A stretch of DNA of 64,000 nt from NCBI GenBank assembly GCA_000165345.1, contig CM000430.1, positions 800,001 to 864,000 on the forward strand, written 5' to 3'. Made by a program: the position numbers and the translations under genes. This document shows, piece by piece, positions 1 through 11,046 of the stretch. A model generated the notes under the pieces. The model worked only from the letters and a program-made list of their open reading frames with translations. It was not told where the DNA came from and did not search any database. Within the stretch, counting starts at the first letter, position 1; each line of letters begins with the position of its first letter.

Positions 1-420
1 AGTGGAGGTAATTTAAAGTTGATAATATAGGAATATTTTATTCTTTCTTATTCCTCTAAACTCTCTAAAAAATTTGCTTAATTGAGTTTCATAACACATT
101 TTAAAGGAGGAATAGCTAGTGATAAGCTTTTTCTATTCACGCTTTAAATACTGATAGAATATACAAAATAGCAGAGCAATTTTTTTCTTTTTTTTTTTGA
201 ATGCTGAGCTATTAAACAAGAACTTTACTTTTAAAATAAGAAAGAAAATAAAACTTCAAAGAAAAAGTCATCTATAGCTAATTTGAGCAAATAATTATAA
301 TCACCTATAAGTTACTTGTTAAAATAAATTAATATTCATTACATATGCCCATTACAAGAATACGAATATATGTATAAATCAACTTATTAAATTAAGATAA
401 TATTAGCTTAAAACAAAGTA

Positions 421-1899
421 ATGGAAGGAGTTAAGTATTCGAGAGGAGGAAAAGTTCACGTAGGTGAGGAAAGATCTCGTGGAGGCAGAGGAGGTTATGT
501 GGGGATGTTCGTAGATGGAAAGGGAAATGGACGTGGAGGAGGTACTTATAGGGGAAATAGATTTAGTAGAGGGAATAAAACAAAATCAGGATCAATTTAT
601 AGAGATCAGAATACCAAACTTGATTTTACAAGAAAGTTGCAGAGCTCTACAGAAACAACCGTAGGACCTGATGAGCTGGAGAAGAGCAGTGCATCAGCTG
701 ATTGTAGCAACAAAGTTGTCGTAGATACTAGTGACTTGCTAGCTAGTAGCTTTCGCATTCCACCGGAAAAGAAGTGCGATGAAAAGATTGGGGTAATACC
801 CAATGGAATTTCAAGCACCGAAGCTAGTGAGTATTGTAAAAGCCAGGGCTCAAGTCAGAATCCAAGCCCCTTAGGAGGCTGCCAAGAAAAGTTTAATACT
901 AGCTCAAATTTTTATGGTGATTCAAAACATTTCTCCAATTATAAACATTACAAGAAAAACCACTTCCAAAGCGCCTACCGGGGTAGAAGGAAAATGTTTA
1001 ATAAGACTCAAGGCGAAAAAGCTCTTGAAATGAATAGAGAACCTGAAAAGCAAGACTTAACTAGTCCTACTCCTAGTCCTGTGGAGCCAGCTCAGATAGA
1101 AGGGGTTGAAAGTATAAATACTAAAAAAGATGAACCAAAATTACCAACTTCTGATAAAAAAATCCCGAGTCAGGAAGATATTCTAGAAAGCCCAAGCAAA
1201 ATGCCTGATAAGAACTCGAAATGCACAGAGACTTTAATTAAGGACCAAGATAATAATATTAATTCCAATTCTCAGATGATTAGAGATGTAATTAACTGGA
1301 TGAAGGAACGCCAAGGAGAGGCAATTCAATGGCTCAAAGAAAATGGTAAGTATCCACAAGAAGAATATGTTCAGAACTCTGTTAGGAAGCCCCGGAAATT
1401 TTCCCAAGATGGAGGATTTAGGGAGAAAAAACAATCTTGGAATGGCAGCGAGCGAAATATAGAGGAGAAAAATCAGAGGTTCCCAGCAAAATACAAGGGC
1501 CAAAAGAAAGATACTCCCTCTTCTTATTCTCCTAAGACCCTAGTTAATCCAACAAATCAAGATAAGAGTAGCAATTCAACTTCAGAATGTTTAGAATTGT
1601 CAAAGTGCCGAGAAACTAGTAAACAATTTGGCGCCAATATTCCAAACAAAGACTTGGGTCAAAAGCTAGACTTGCGTGCAAAACAGAAATTTGAGTATAA
1701 TCGAAGATTCAGCAGGGAAAAAACTGGTAATTTTCATTTTCAAAACAAAACCAAGGAAGATGAGTCACGCCGCTCTACAGGAACAATAAATGACTCAAAA
1801 GATGGAGAGAAGAGTACTAACAGCAATAGTAACTTTAATACTCCTACCAAGTACAGAAATCAATACCACAAAAAGCAATCTGTTCAAAAAGATCTGTAA
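421..1899 (+). CDS. Hypothetical low-complexity protein with an N-terminal RGG/RG-rich box (possible RNA-binding or nucleolar protein)
   Basis: 492-codon ORF starting at an ATG. The N-terminus carries repeated RGG/RGGRGG/GRGGG motifs; the rest is Ser/Lys/Asn-rich low complexity. Codon usage matches neighbouring genes. Confidence 0.5.
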   Translation: MEGVKYSRGGKVHVGEERSRGGRGGYVGMFVDGKGNGRGGGTYRGNRFSRGNKTKSGSIYRDQNTKLDFTRKLQSSTETTVGPDELEKSSASADCSNKVVVDTSDLLASSFRIPPEKKCDEKIGVIPNGISSTEASEYCKSQGSSQNPSPLGGCQEKFNTSSNFYGDSKHFSNYKHYKKNHFQSAYRGRRKMFNKTQGEKALEMNREPEKQDLTSPTPSPVEPAQIEGVESINTKKDEPKLPTSDKKIPSQEDILESPSKMPDKNSKCTETLIKDQDNNINSNSQMIRDVINWMKERQGEAIQWLKENGKYPQEEYVQNSVRKPRKFSQDGGFREKKQSWNGSERNIEEKNQRFPAKYKGQKKDTPSSYSPKTLVNPTNQDKSSNSTSECLELSKCRETSKQFGANIPNKDLGQKLDLRAKQKFEYNRRFSREKTGNFHFQNKTKEDESRRSTGTINDSKDGEKSTNSNSNFNTPTKYRNQYHKKQSVQKDL

Positions 1900-2543
1900 T
1901 GCTATTATTACCAGAAACTCTCAAGCCTAAGTTAATATATGTATATATTTATTCTTATTTCTTATATTTATTATTGCGAATAATTCTCAAACTCTAATGC
2001 TTGAATAGAGTTGTTTTAATTTTCTTTAAATTTTTTCTAGTACGTGTTTTAAGTATTGACGTGTTTACATGCATTTTACTTTCTTTACATGTGGGGAGTT
2101 GCCGCCTTTCGATTTTTAGTGGAGAATATTCCAAGAAATAAAAAATCGTATTATTATGTTGGTGTGCATAAATGCATGTTTATATATATATACATATTTG
2201 GACTATTTGATATCTTAATTTTATAGTCTTTATCTCAAACTCATATTTTCTAACTATTTACAAAAACTCTGAATAAGAACCTATTCAGTATAGTCAATCT
2301 TTCTCTTTATTATTTACTCTATTACCATTTATAGGCTTTATAAATTGATATCTTCTAACATAATGATCACTAACCCACTTTCTTTCACTTTCTATAAACA
2401 TGAATAATTATTTTTTCAAAAAAGAAATAAAGATAAACAGCTAGTTCCCGCCAGCGGTATAATCCATTGTAATTAATTTACCAAGTATCGAGAAGGATTT
2501 GAGAGATAAATTATATCAATTCAGGGAAAAAATAGTCGGTTTT

Positions 2544-4205
2544 ATGGAAACTGAACTCGGACTATCAAAAGAGGAAAATGGAAGAACAGGAGTAAGAGGA
2601 GAGTTATTCTTAAACTTTGAGGAGGTTGGGAGGATTCAAAAATTTTTGATGGAGAATTCGGGTAGCTTTGGATTTGAGTTGTCGCCAGAGCCTGTAGTTG
2701 ATAGTAACAAAAAAAATTCAAAAAAGAAGTCAATATCAGGAGGAGCTAAAGCGAATCCTTCTGGTACTGTGATAGGAGAAAAGAGGAAATCTCGAAGTTC
2801 GCGTCCATCTTATTCAAGAGAGCTAAAGGCGCTTTTAGAAGATGGGATGAGTATTTTAGAATCAAGACATGATAATAAGGGAGGTAACTCCCAAAGTTCA
2901 GTAGGACAAAGAGGAAATGTTGAAGATTCACAAAAAAGACTTCCAGATTGGGCTAAAAGATTTCACAGAATTCTCAAAGTTATTTCTCAGCAAGAAGCCT
3001 TCTCTCCTTTTGTTTCAGCTGTCAATATTAAAAACTTTGACTTATATATAAAAGGAAATGCTCTTTTCTCTAGAGAAGGTGTTGAGGAAGAGACTTTTGA
3101 CGGTATATCTTCAAGTGAAAATAAGAAAAAAGAAATTGACCGACTCTTTTTAAACGCCGGACAATTCTTCAAATATATAGAAAGATGTAGTCCGATCAAA
3201 CCAATTTCTCTCAATTGTATCATTAGTAAGCTCGAAAACAACGAATATTTATCAGCAGCTCATGTATTTTCCGATATATATTCTGTATGGATTTGTGGCT
3301 TCCGATCAGTAGAACCTGGAAAAGCTTTATGGACTAAAGCAGTAGATGCCTCACTTAATCTTAATTTAAAGCTTTTAAATGAACCGCTACAAGATGATTT
3401 CCTACTCACTTTTCCAGGTGGCATTCCTAAAGGGTCCACCAAAAATGCTAAGTCAATTATCGACGGGTCGTCAGCCTTGGAGCCTCCAAAGAAGATCCAA
3501 AATACCGGAAAAAATACAGGTTCCTTACTCTTTGATGACTCTGGAAAAGACCCCAACTACCATACATTTGGTAAAAGTAAAAAATCAGCCTCTAACAATC
3601 AGTCATCCCAAAACTCCTCCAGCTCCAAGTCTGCAAAAACCCCAAAGAAACACTCACAAGCTTCATCCTCCTCATATGGTGCCAAAGGAATTACTGAGCC
3701 TGAAAGACACGAGTTCCAATCCCTTCTTAGCCAACTTTCACAAAATGACCATGTTGAATTATTCAACTCCTTCTTCTCCACTGCTCACTGGAAAGAAGTT
3801 AACTCTGGTGAAGTGGAACTTGATGACCAGCAAACTCCCCCTAATGTTTTCCGTGAAATGATTAAATGGTGTAAACTCAAACTTAATATTCCTATACTAG
3901 AAGGCACATCCAAAAAAGATTCATCCTCAAATAAAAATACATGCAAACGAGCCCGCCAACAGAAGGCGCCTTCAGGATTGCACTCGTCACAAAAGAAAAA
4001 ATCTCATTTATCAGCTAAGCAATTCTTTTCATCCGGAAGGGCATTTAGTTCTCCGTCATCATCGTCGGCTAGCGAAGATGAAGACGATATTTCCTTATCT
4101 GGAAACTTACAAATTTCCCAACAGTGGGCATCCACTTCTTCATCTGGTGAATCAGATACCGAGCCAGAACTGACTAGTTTTTACCCACATTTTAATTCTA
4201 AATAA
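2544..4205 (+). CDS. Protein with a divergent bromodomain-like segment
   Basis: The ORF track starts at a TTG at 2499; the first in-frame ATG is at 2544. The segment AFSPFVSAVN...PISLNCIISKLENNEYLSAAHVFSDIYSVWICGFRSVEPGKALWTKAVDASL loosely fits the bromodomain pattern (P-x-D/S-L, KLE..Y.S...F..D, N..g, a..l). The C-terminus is Ser-rich and acidic. The domain call is tentative. Confidence 0.4.
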   Translation: METELGLSKEENGRTGVRGELFLNFEEVGRIQKFLMENSGSFGFELSPEPVVDSNKKNSKKKSISGGAKANPSGTVIGEKRKSRSSRPSYSRELKALLEDGMSILESRHDNKGGNSQSSVGQRGNVEDSQKRLPDWAKRFHRILKVISQQEAFSPFVSAVNIKNFDLYIKGNALFSREGVEEETFDGISSSENKKKEIDRLFLNAGQFFKYIERCSPIKPISLNCIISKLENNEYLSAAHVFSDIYSVWICGFRSVEPGKALWTKAVDASLNLNLKLLNEPLQDDFLLTFPGGIPKGSTKNAKSIIDGSSALEPPKKIQNTGKNTGSLLFDDSGKDPNYHTFGKSKKSASNNQSSQNSSSSKSAKTPKKHSQASSSSYGAKGITEPERHEFQSLLSQLSQNDHVELFNSFFSTAHWKEVNSGEVELDDQQTPPNVFREMIKWCKLKLNIPILEGTSKKDSSSNKNTCKRARQQKAPSGLHSSQKKKSHLSAKQFFSSGRAFSSPSSSSASEDEDDISLSGNLQISQQWASTSSSGESDTEPELTSFYPHFNSK

Positions 4206-4798
4206 AAATCAAAAGCAAACTGGAGAACAAGTTCCCGCCTAATTTTTCTTAGCTAAGAAAATCAAACATTTTATACGTGTACATATAATTAGTTTAGAAA
4301 TGGCTAGTCCAGCCCGAATCCTCGTAGCAAGTAAATTATACAAAATAAGCATTATATATATCAATAGTATTACAATGTACTCGATATAATCCCGCTTAGA
4401 AATTCTTTGAAGCTACACTTCTTTTCATGTTCCTCGCATTATCAAAGTATTGTAATAGCTATTAAAACCATAAGAGCTCTGCTAGTACGATTCTCTCTCT
4501 ACTTAATTCTAACCAGATAAAAATTGTCAATCGACAATAATCATTACCTAATCAATAGCATGTATGCGTAATCTGCATATAAAAATGCATATTGAAATTG
4601 GGTAAAATGGAAATGGTCAAAGCAACCAAGTAATGCATTGTTAACTATTATTACTATAATTGTGTATTTTTGCATTCATTTAGTTAAGTTGTTTGAAATA
4701 AGATGACTATTTTATGTAACTGGCTTCTAAAATTCTTTCAGAAAAGAAGCAAACATAAAAGTCAATCTTGTTTTGTGACCAGTAGTTTTTCATTCAAT

Positions 4799-5770
4799 CT
4801 ACAATGATCTCTTCTCCAAAACAATCTTTAGATTTCGTGCATTTAGACAAATATCCTCAAATTTTGTGTTAATTAATGAAAGTTGTTTAAATAACTCATC
4901 TGGTGTTGGTGACTCCTTCATCTTAATAGTCTTAACCAAAGACTCTGAAAACTCTCTTCCAAGTATATGAACTGCCTCCATTTCAATAATAGAGTCACCT
5001 ATTGAAATAAGATTAGTAATAGTCTCTGAATCTAGCTTTTTTTGAATCTCCAGAAATGCATTAAATTTCCATTTGTGATATGCCCCTGGATATTTATGTT
5101 CATACTTTGACCTTGCTGAAATAACTGTTAATCTTGATAAAACATCAACAACTTCTGGCATATACATTTTAGCAGAATAATCAACCCATCCCTCTGAAGC
5201 ATTAGTTATTAAAAATACGTTTCCCATATCCATAGCTTTGATAAGTAACTCAACTACGCATTTTTGAATTTGATTCATAATCATTTGTACATCCTCGGGA
5301 AGAAAAGTAGACAAAAAGTTATCAGAGCACCCACCTTGGCATGCAATAATATCCTTCTCTAGTTTACCTTGAGCTGAATCATTCACAACTTGTTGTGAAT
5401 TTGAGCTTCCACTAATTCTATTCCTTTTAGTTATCTGATAATTTAAGAATGTGGTGCAAAGTAAGGTATCATCCCAATCAAAAATTATTGCAGTTTGGTG
5501 CTTTGGCGGCCTATGTGCTGAAGGAACCCAAATTTTCAAATAACTCAATTTTTCCAAGTACTTGAGCCTTGAAGAGTCATTTTGAGACAAGTCCAATAGT
5601 CTGAATAAGAAATCATCATGCTCTTTTACCTCGTCTGTAGAATCGCCACAAGACTTTTTGGAACTATGAATCATTGAACGGTCATGTCCTGAAGCGTGTA
5701 CTCTCCTTTCCCCATCATTTTTGGTAATCCCCAATCTTAAAATTAGCCTTTCTCTTACATTATCTTTCAT
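4799..5770 (-). CDS. HAD-superfamily phosphatase-like protein (DxDxT phosphatase)
   Basis: The minus-strand ORF has its ATG at 5770..5768. HAD motif I is FDWDDTL; motif II is a Thr/Ser in VFLITNASEGWV; motif III is a Lys in SAKMY/ARSKYEHKY; motif IV is IGDSIIEME. An E2F-like GGCGGGAAA sits about 175 bp upstream at 5941-5949. Confidence 0.6.
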   Translation of the reverse strand: MKDNVRERLILRLGITKNDGERRVHASGHDRSMIHSSKKSCGDSTDEVKEHDDFLFRLLDLSQNDSSRLKYLEKLSYLKIWVPSAHRPPKHQTAIIFDWDDTLLCTTFLNYQITKRNRISGSSNSQQVVNDSAQGKLEKDIIACQGGCSDNFLSTFLPEDVQMIMNQIQKCVVELLIKAMDMGNVFLITNASEGWVDYSAKMYMPEVVDVLSRLTVISARSKYEHKYPGAYHKWKFNAFLEIQKKLDSETITNLISIGDSIIEMEAVHILGREFSESLVKTIKMKESPTPDELFKQLSLINTKFEDICLNARNLKIVLEKRSL

Positions 5771-5948
5771 AATATCAAAAGCTGACTATTCCCACTACTA
5801 GCTTTGATTAGCAGTTATTTTTTAACTACTAATTCCCCTACTTCATACCAATTATATATAAAAATCCTCTTTTACTTTTCTTCAGTATCTTCTTTTCTTT
5901 ATATAATTCATTCCTTAATTACATTTTCTCTTGAGATTAGGCGGGAAA

Positions 5949-8093
5949 CTATTTTATTGGCAGTCGTTTTAAATATCTGCTACCGAAAAGGTATTCACAA
6001 ATTTCAAGAGAATTGTTTGCATTAACGGTTCCTTCTGTCATAACTATTAGAAGGTTAGGAATAGGTTTTTTCTTTTAAGAAATATTGTAAAACTTACCAG
6101 GAAGACCTCTAATTCGGGTAGCTCCTTTTAAAATACAATCTTTAATAGAATATATTGAGATATTTGGGAAGACTGAAAGCAAGACCCCAGCTATCCCAGT
6201 TATAATTGGGGCAGAGAATGAGCTACCATCCATACATCTATATTCTGTGTTGAGTGGATTTTAGTTAGAATTTGGGTTAATTTTGTATTTTTTAGATTTG
6301 CATGCATCTTACCTCCCTGTAGATATGTAGAGCAAATATTAACTCCAGGAGCTCCAATATGGACGGTCTTTCTTCCATAAGTTGCTCTTTCCATTAGTTC
6401 TCCATTACTTTAGGTGATGAATAAAGAAATGAATAGATAAAGTTTTTAATTAGAATGAAAATTAAAATTTATTACTTACCTTGTAATCGAAGTCACAGAA
6501 ATAATGTTTTCAGACCTGTGAATTAGTTAGTGAAATTCAATATAAAAGTTCAGAATGTTCTATTTATATGATTTCTTTTTAACTTACTTGAAAGATGAAG
6601 GGAAAGTTGGAACAATATCATTATTTCTATCGCTTTCATAATTACCAGAAGCTACAATTACCAACATTCCTTGATCTTCACTTCTTTTAATTGCAAGTCT
6701 TAATAATTCAATGCTTTTACTAAAGACAGTATTATTGATTTTTGATGTTCAGTATTTACACTAAAGGTACTTACCTTCTACTTCCATAGCTATGATTTGA
6801 TACTCTTACTCCTTTATCTAATGCATAGTCAATAGCTTCGACAAATCCTGATAGGAATCCTCTAATTTTTGAGTCCAAAACCTTTAATACCATGATTTGG
6901 CAAAACCAACAAATTCCTGAAATACCAACTTCCTTATTTGGGATTGCAGAAATGATGCCAGAAATATGAGTTCCATGTCCATTATTATCTACTGGTATTT
7001 TATTATTATCCACAAAATTCTAAAAGGGTTTGTTTAAATTATAAAAAGTTGTATATTAATAAAAACTTAACTTACCCATCCATAACAATCATCAACATAA
7101 CCATTCATATCATCATCAATTCCATCATTACAGTCAAACTCTCCAAAATTCCTCCATATTTTTCCTCTCAAATCAGGATGCTCAAAATCAATCCCAGAGT
7201 CAATAACTGCAATTACAACATTTCCCATTCCTTGATCCTTAAGTTCTGAAACTCTTTTCCACATTTTTGCTGACTTTATCCCAAATTTTGAATCATTATG
7301 AAACCATTGTCTTTCATAAATAGTTGAATAGTTTTCAGTAGTTATTGTTGGCCTGATGGAGTTATTTATTTTTGGTATCTCAAATGTACTTCTGTAATTG
7401 TTTTCTTCGAATCCAATAAACTCGTCCAAATACACTCCCTAATAAAAGTTACAAAAATCTAGACGTAGAATTATTATAACTTACCTGAATCAAATCTTGA
7501 AACAAGCTGACTTGATCCTTTATTACATTCAGGAATTTTGTCATCTGATCATTATCTTTAGTTTGTATAATCTCCATGCTTAAATTCTTTAAATACCTTG
7601 TTTTTGTATTGTTAAACTAATAGTTTTGAAGAATTAATTTGATAAAATGTTTCATTATCCTTCCCATACAAATTAAAATTGAACAAATATATGGGAATTA
7701 TGAAAGCTTAACTCACCTTGAGTATATTAAAAGCTCTTTCAATAATGTTTTTAAACCTCAATCTTAATCTTAAAAATAACTCACTTGAGCCACTATTACT
7801 ATCTTTATATACAAATATTATTCTATTCGAGTCTTGATATTGTGATTCATTAACTTTAATCTAAATACATGTGATATAAAGCAATGTTTTAATGAGAGTT
7901 ATTTTGAAATTTTAACAGGGATTTGTTACTAGTTACTTACCTTTTTTATCAAATCCGTTAACCTAGTACCAAGATTAGAATCCTGCCTTTTAGAAACTAA
8001 TTCAGCTCCATTTTCTATTCTAATCAAGTTCTGAGACCTAACTGTTATTATAATAGTTACCAGGATTTGAATTATCAGTAGTTTTGCCCTCAT
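5949..8093 (-). CDS. Subtilisin-like serine protease (peptidase S8), multi-exon (about 10 exons, 9 short introns)
   Basis: The ATG is at about 8093 and encodes the signal peptide MRAKLLIIQILVTIIITV. Hand-assembled minus-strand exons are approximately 8093-7941, 7860-7718, 7628-7486, 7441-7078 (catalytic Asp: VIAVIDSGIDFEHPDL), 7021-6774 (catalytic His: NNGHGTHISG), 6747-6617 (oxyanion Asn: IVASGNYESD), a short exon at 6538-6503, 6397-6283 (VHIGAPGVNICST), 6244-6098 (catalytic Ser: DGSSFSAPIITG) and a terminal exon ending in TAG near 5949. All introns start GTAAGT/GTGAGT, end YAG and are 60-100 bp. The ORF-track fragments 7067..7435, 6771..7013 and 6200..6394 are pieces of this gene. Confidence 0.6.
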
Positions 8094-8445
8094 TCGGAGC
8101 TATTGTTATTTTTTATATATTATATTTAAAAAAAAGAAATATATATTTTATATTATTTTCAATTAAAATATAATGAGCAAAAATTTCCTCTTCTTTTCCT
8201 ATCACCTATTATTGGAAAAAAAATATATTAAACTTTTAGTCAAATTGTTTTCTTTTATTTTTTTTCCCTCTGTTTACCTATATCTCATTATACTTATTCA
8301 AAATTCTTGCATTGTCTTTATAGATAACCCTAGTTTCTCCAACCTATATAATTAAACAACTTTATGTGTTTTTATATTTTTTACGTAATAATTTTAATGT
8401 GGACAATTGTTTCATATACCGGTGCTCCTATTACGTAAGAATAGT

Positions 8446-8483
8446 TTGCATGTAGTGCATGCAATTGAAATGCATGCATGAGC
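8446..8483. promoter_or_regulatory. Cluster of three GCATGC(A) palindromes (TTTGCATGTAGTGCATGCAATTGAAATGCATGCATGAGCG) upstream of the subtilisin gene
   Basis: About 350-390 bp 5' of the subtilisin ATG at about 8093 on the minus strand. An E2F-like half-site TTTTGCGGG follows at 8489-8497. Confidence 0.4.
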
Positions 8484-8625
8484 GAAATTTTGCGGGTTTG
8501 GAGAAGAAAAATAATGAACGCGAAAAATAGAGTTATTGGAAAGAGTAAGAAGCACTAATTATTCGAATTTTTAGTTTTTTTCCTTCCAAATTTGTGAATT
8601 TGAGAGGCTGAATTGAATCGTTTTT

Positions 8626-10710
8626 TTATTCAAGAACACTAGTATTATTTGTATCTTCATTGCTAAAACTACCATGAATGTTATTATTCGACTTTAAAAG
8701 TTGAATAAACTGATCATCTTCATTGTAAAGTCCTGACTGTACTAGAGACTCTATATTGTGTGTATAAACGTTATTACTTTTGTTGGAAGTAGGATGTGTT
8801 TCTTTCTCAGGGAATAAATGCACTGCAGCAGCTAAATGTTCAAACTGAGTCTTGTAATGATCTCTGGAAGCCCTCAATATCTGAACACTTTCCTTGAGCT
8901 GTAAGATTTGATCTTCAAATGACTGAATTAACTCATCTTTTCTAAGAAGTTCGTTTTTAAAATACAAATCAGATTTTCTACCAGTTTTTAGACTCTGAAT
9001 CTCTTTGTGAAGCTTTTCGTTAATTTCCTCTTCCTCGCTATATTTCTTGAACCATTTATTTTTTTCAAATTCTGCAATCTGAGTTTTCTTTTTTTCAAGC
9101 TCAAGTTTCATCTTAAACTCATTTTTTTGGGATTCAAGAAGTTTTGTTTGTTCAAATTGAAATAGTTTCATCTTTCTATTGTTTTCATCATTAATATTAT
9201 CTATTGAGTTTTCTTTATTCTTTAACTTAAGTATTTTATTGCTAACTAAATTCTCAAGTCTTCCAAGCTTATTGCTTTTTCTACTAATATCTCCAATGAA
9301 ATCTTTCATGATTGTTTCTTGTCTAATTAAAGTCAACTTTCTGAATTCTTCTTCCAAATTGTGAAGGTGTTGTACGAACCTTTCTTTCTCTGACCTCTTC
9401 CAAATCTCGAAGTTTACCTTTGAGGTATAATCATCGCTATTTTCAAGCCCTTGTTCATACAATTCATCATTATCAATTTCTTTTATGATAGTTTCTATTA
9501 GCTTATTTGAAAAATCAACATCTCCAACAGTGAAATATCCTATCTTTGAGCTAAAATCAGAAATTACGCCAGGGCTTCTAATATTGGAGTCTAATTTATC
9601 ATACATATTTCCAATTTTCAGAAACTCCAAGTCTTCTGGAGAAATAAATTCTTCATCATTACCCGGTTCGTACTTAACATTTCTTGACGTTCTTTGTGGA
9701 GAAAAACTCACTCTTTTGTCAGAAGGAGGGGTTTTGGGTCTGTTCCTTAAATTGTTCCTAGTCCTCTCATTTATTGGAGATTCATTTGTAGCACTTCCTG
9801 ACCTTGGCCTAGATCTAGATCTAGATCTAGATACAGATCTAGGTCTAGAGAATAAAGACGAGTTTTGATCTGTTTTAGTATTTAACGACTTCTGTCTAAT
9901 ACCAGGTGATGATCCATCTGAAATTGGTTGTTTCTTACAATCCTGCAATACTATATCAACCTCTATAAGTCCTATAGGCACGCTCTTTTCTTCTTCTGTT
10001 ACTGAATTCTTACTATTCTTATTTTTCGATTCGCCAGAATTTGGTTCTAATTCAGAATCAGAGAGTGAATCCAACTCATTTGAAGTGTTTTTATGGTCAT
10101 TGGGTACTTGAGATTTTGATGCTGGATATAGTAATATGCGTGTTGGCCAAATTCTGAATGTATTTGAACCAAAAATATAATTACCTGAAATAGTTGGATT
10201 GGTTTTTTCAGTCTGAATTAAAATATGCTTTAAATTGACATAACCCATGGAATGAAGTTCCTGGTCCCCAAAAGTACTAACTTTATAAGCCTCAATTTTT
10301 AAAGGCTCACAGTTTAATCTGTCAAATATATCCTTCCAGGAGCAGACTATTCTAGAAGTTATTTCTATTTCATGATCAGAAAAAATGGTCGTAGATCTTC
10401 TACATGGGTATGGTGGGCTTGTTTTTGGACATTTTGACGGAGATATCTCATTTGTGCTTTTAATTATTTTATACCAATTTGGAGCCTTAAAAATCACAGT
10501 AGCAGGGTCCTGCAAAGTGATTGATCTAAAATGAATAGAAAGGCTCCATATCAAAGATTCGGATGCCCCAAAACCTGCAATATCTGAATCATCATTTTTG
10601 TCTATTTCAATATTAAACCATCCAGATTCTTCTTTAAGTTCATCAAAGTTTAACTTTGTATTATCTAAGTTCTCTAAAGAATACCAATCAGTGTATTCTT
10701 CAGAATTCAT
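8626..10710 (-). CDS. Hypothetical protein with an RS-dipeptide repeat (SRSRSRSRPRS) and a C-terminal coiled-coil
   Basis: 694-aa ORF with ATG at 10710. It has an N-terminal globular region, a central Arg-Ser repeat encoded by the (AGATCT)n tandem at 9795-9850, and a heptad-rich Lys/Glu/Leu C-terminal half. An E2F-like TTTGGCGCCAAA lies about 175 bp upstream at 10883-10894. Confidence 0.55.
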   Translation of the reverse strand: MNSEEYTDWYSLENLDNTKLNFDELKEESGWFNIEIDKNDDSDIAGFGASESLIWSLSIHFRSITLQDPATVIFKAPNWYKIIKSTNEISPSKCPKTSPPYPCRRSTTIFSDHEIEITSRIVCSWKDIFDRLNCEPLKIEAYKVSTFGDQELHSMGYVNLKHILIQTEKTNPTISGNYIFGSNTFRIWPTRILLYPASKSQVPNDHKNTSNELDSLSDSELEPNSGESKNKNSKNSVTEEEKSVPIGLIEVDIVLQDCKKQPISDGSSPGIRQKSLNTKTDQNSSLFSRPRSVSRSRSRSRPRSGSATNESPINERTRNNLRNRPKTPPSDKRVSFSPQRTSRNVKYEPGNDEEFISPEDLEFLKIGNMYDKLDSNIRSPGVISDFSSKIGYFTVGDVDFSNKLIETIIKEIDNDELYEQGLENSDDYTSKVNFEIWKRSEKERFVQHLHNLEEEFRKLTLIRQETIMKDFIGDISRKSNKLGRLENLVSNKILKLKNKENSIDNINDENNRKMKLFQFEQTKLLESQKNEFKMKLELEKKKTQIAEFEKNKWFKKYSEEEEINEKLHKEIQSLKTGRKSDLYFKNELLRKDELIQSFEDQILQLKESVQILRASRDHYKTQFEHLAAAVHLFPEKETHPTSNKSNNVYTHNIESLVQSGLYNEDDQFIQLLKSNNNIHGSFSNEDTNNTSVLE
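9795..9850. repeat. (AGATCT)n tandem repeat, coding for the RS-dipeptide repeat of the 694-aa protein
   Basis: The sequence reads agatctagatctagatctagatacagatctaggtctagag. Confidence 0.7.
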
Positions 10711-10882
10711 TGCTCCAACTTGAATTGATAAATTAACATATTAATCACTATTTACACCACTATTTCATTGGCATTCATAATCTAACAAAATATATTGGAA
10801 TTTTTTTTAAGTATATGATTATTATTTATTTATTTATTAAATCCACTATTTTTTCATTAGTGTGGTGCTAAACTACATACAA

Positions 10883-10894
10883 TTTGGCGCCAAA
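10883..10894. promoter_or_regulatory. E2F-like palindromic site TTTGGCGCCAAA upstream of the 694-aa gene
   Basis: Perfect palindrome about 175 bp 5' of the ATG at 10710 on the minus strand. Confidence 0.4.
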
Positions 10895-11046
10895 CTGATT
10901 ATCATTAATAATTCTGGTAATATTTAAAATTGCATGCAATTTTTGCATGCGATAAATGGAGAAAAAAAAAGCAGGAAAGGGAGAAATTAGAGAAATGTAA
11001 AATTAGAGATAACTTAATAGAAAGATAATAATTGTGAAAAATAATA

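Noticed and set aside
3379-3861. A 160-aa ORF on the plus strand inside CDS 2544..4205, plus several 60-100-aa antisense ORFs (606..818, 1234..1503, 2542..3556, 16131..16412, 27101..27286, 30566..30817, 44829..45407 and others).
   Set aside because: They sit entirely within longer, better-supported ORFs in other frames or strands. The chance of such ORFs is high in AT-poor codon contexts, and they have no start-proximal promoter motifs.
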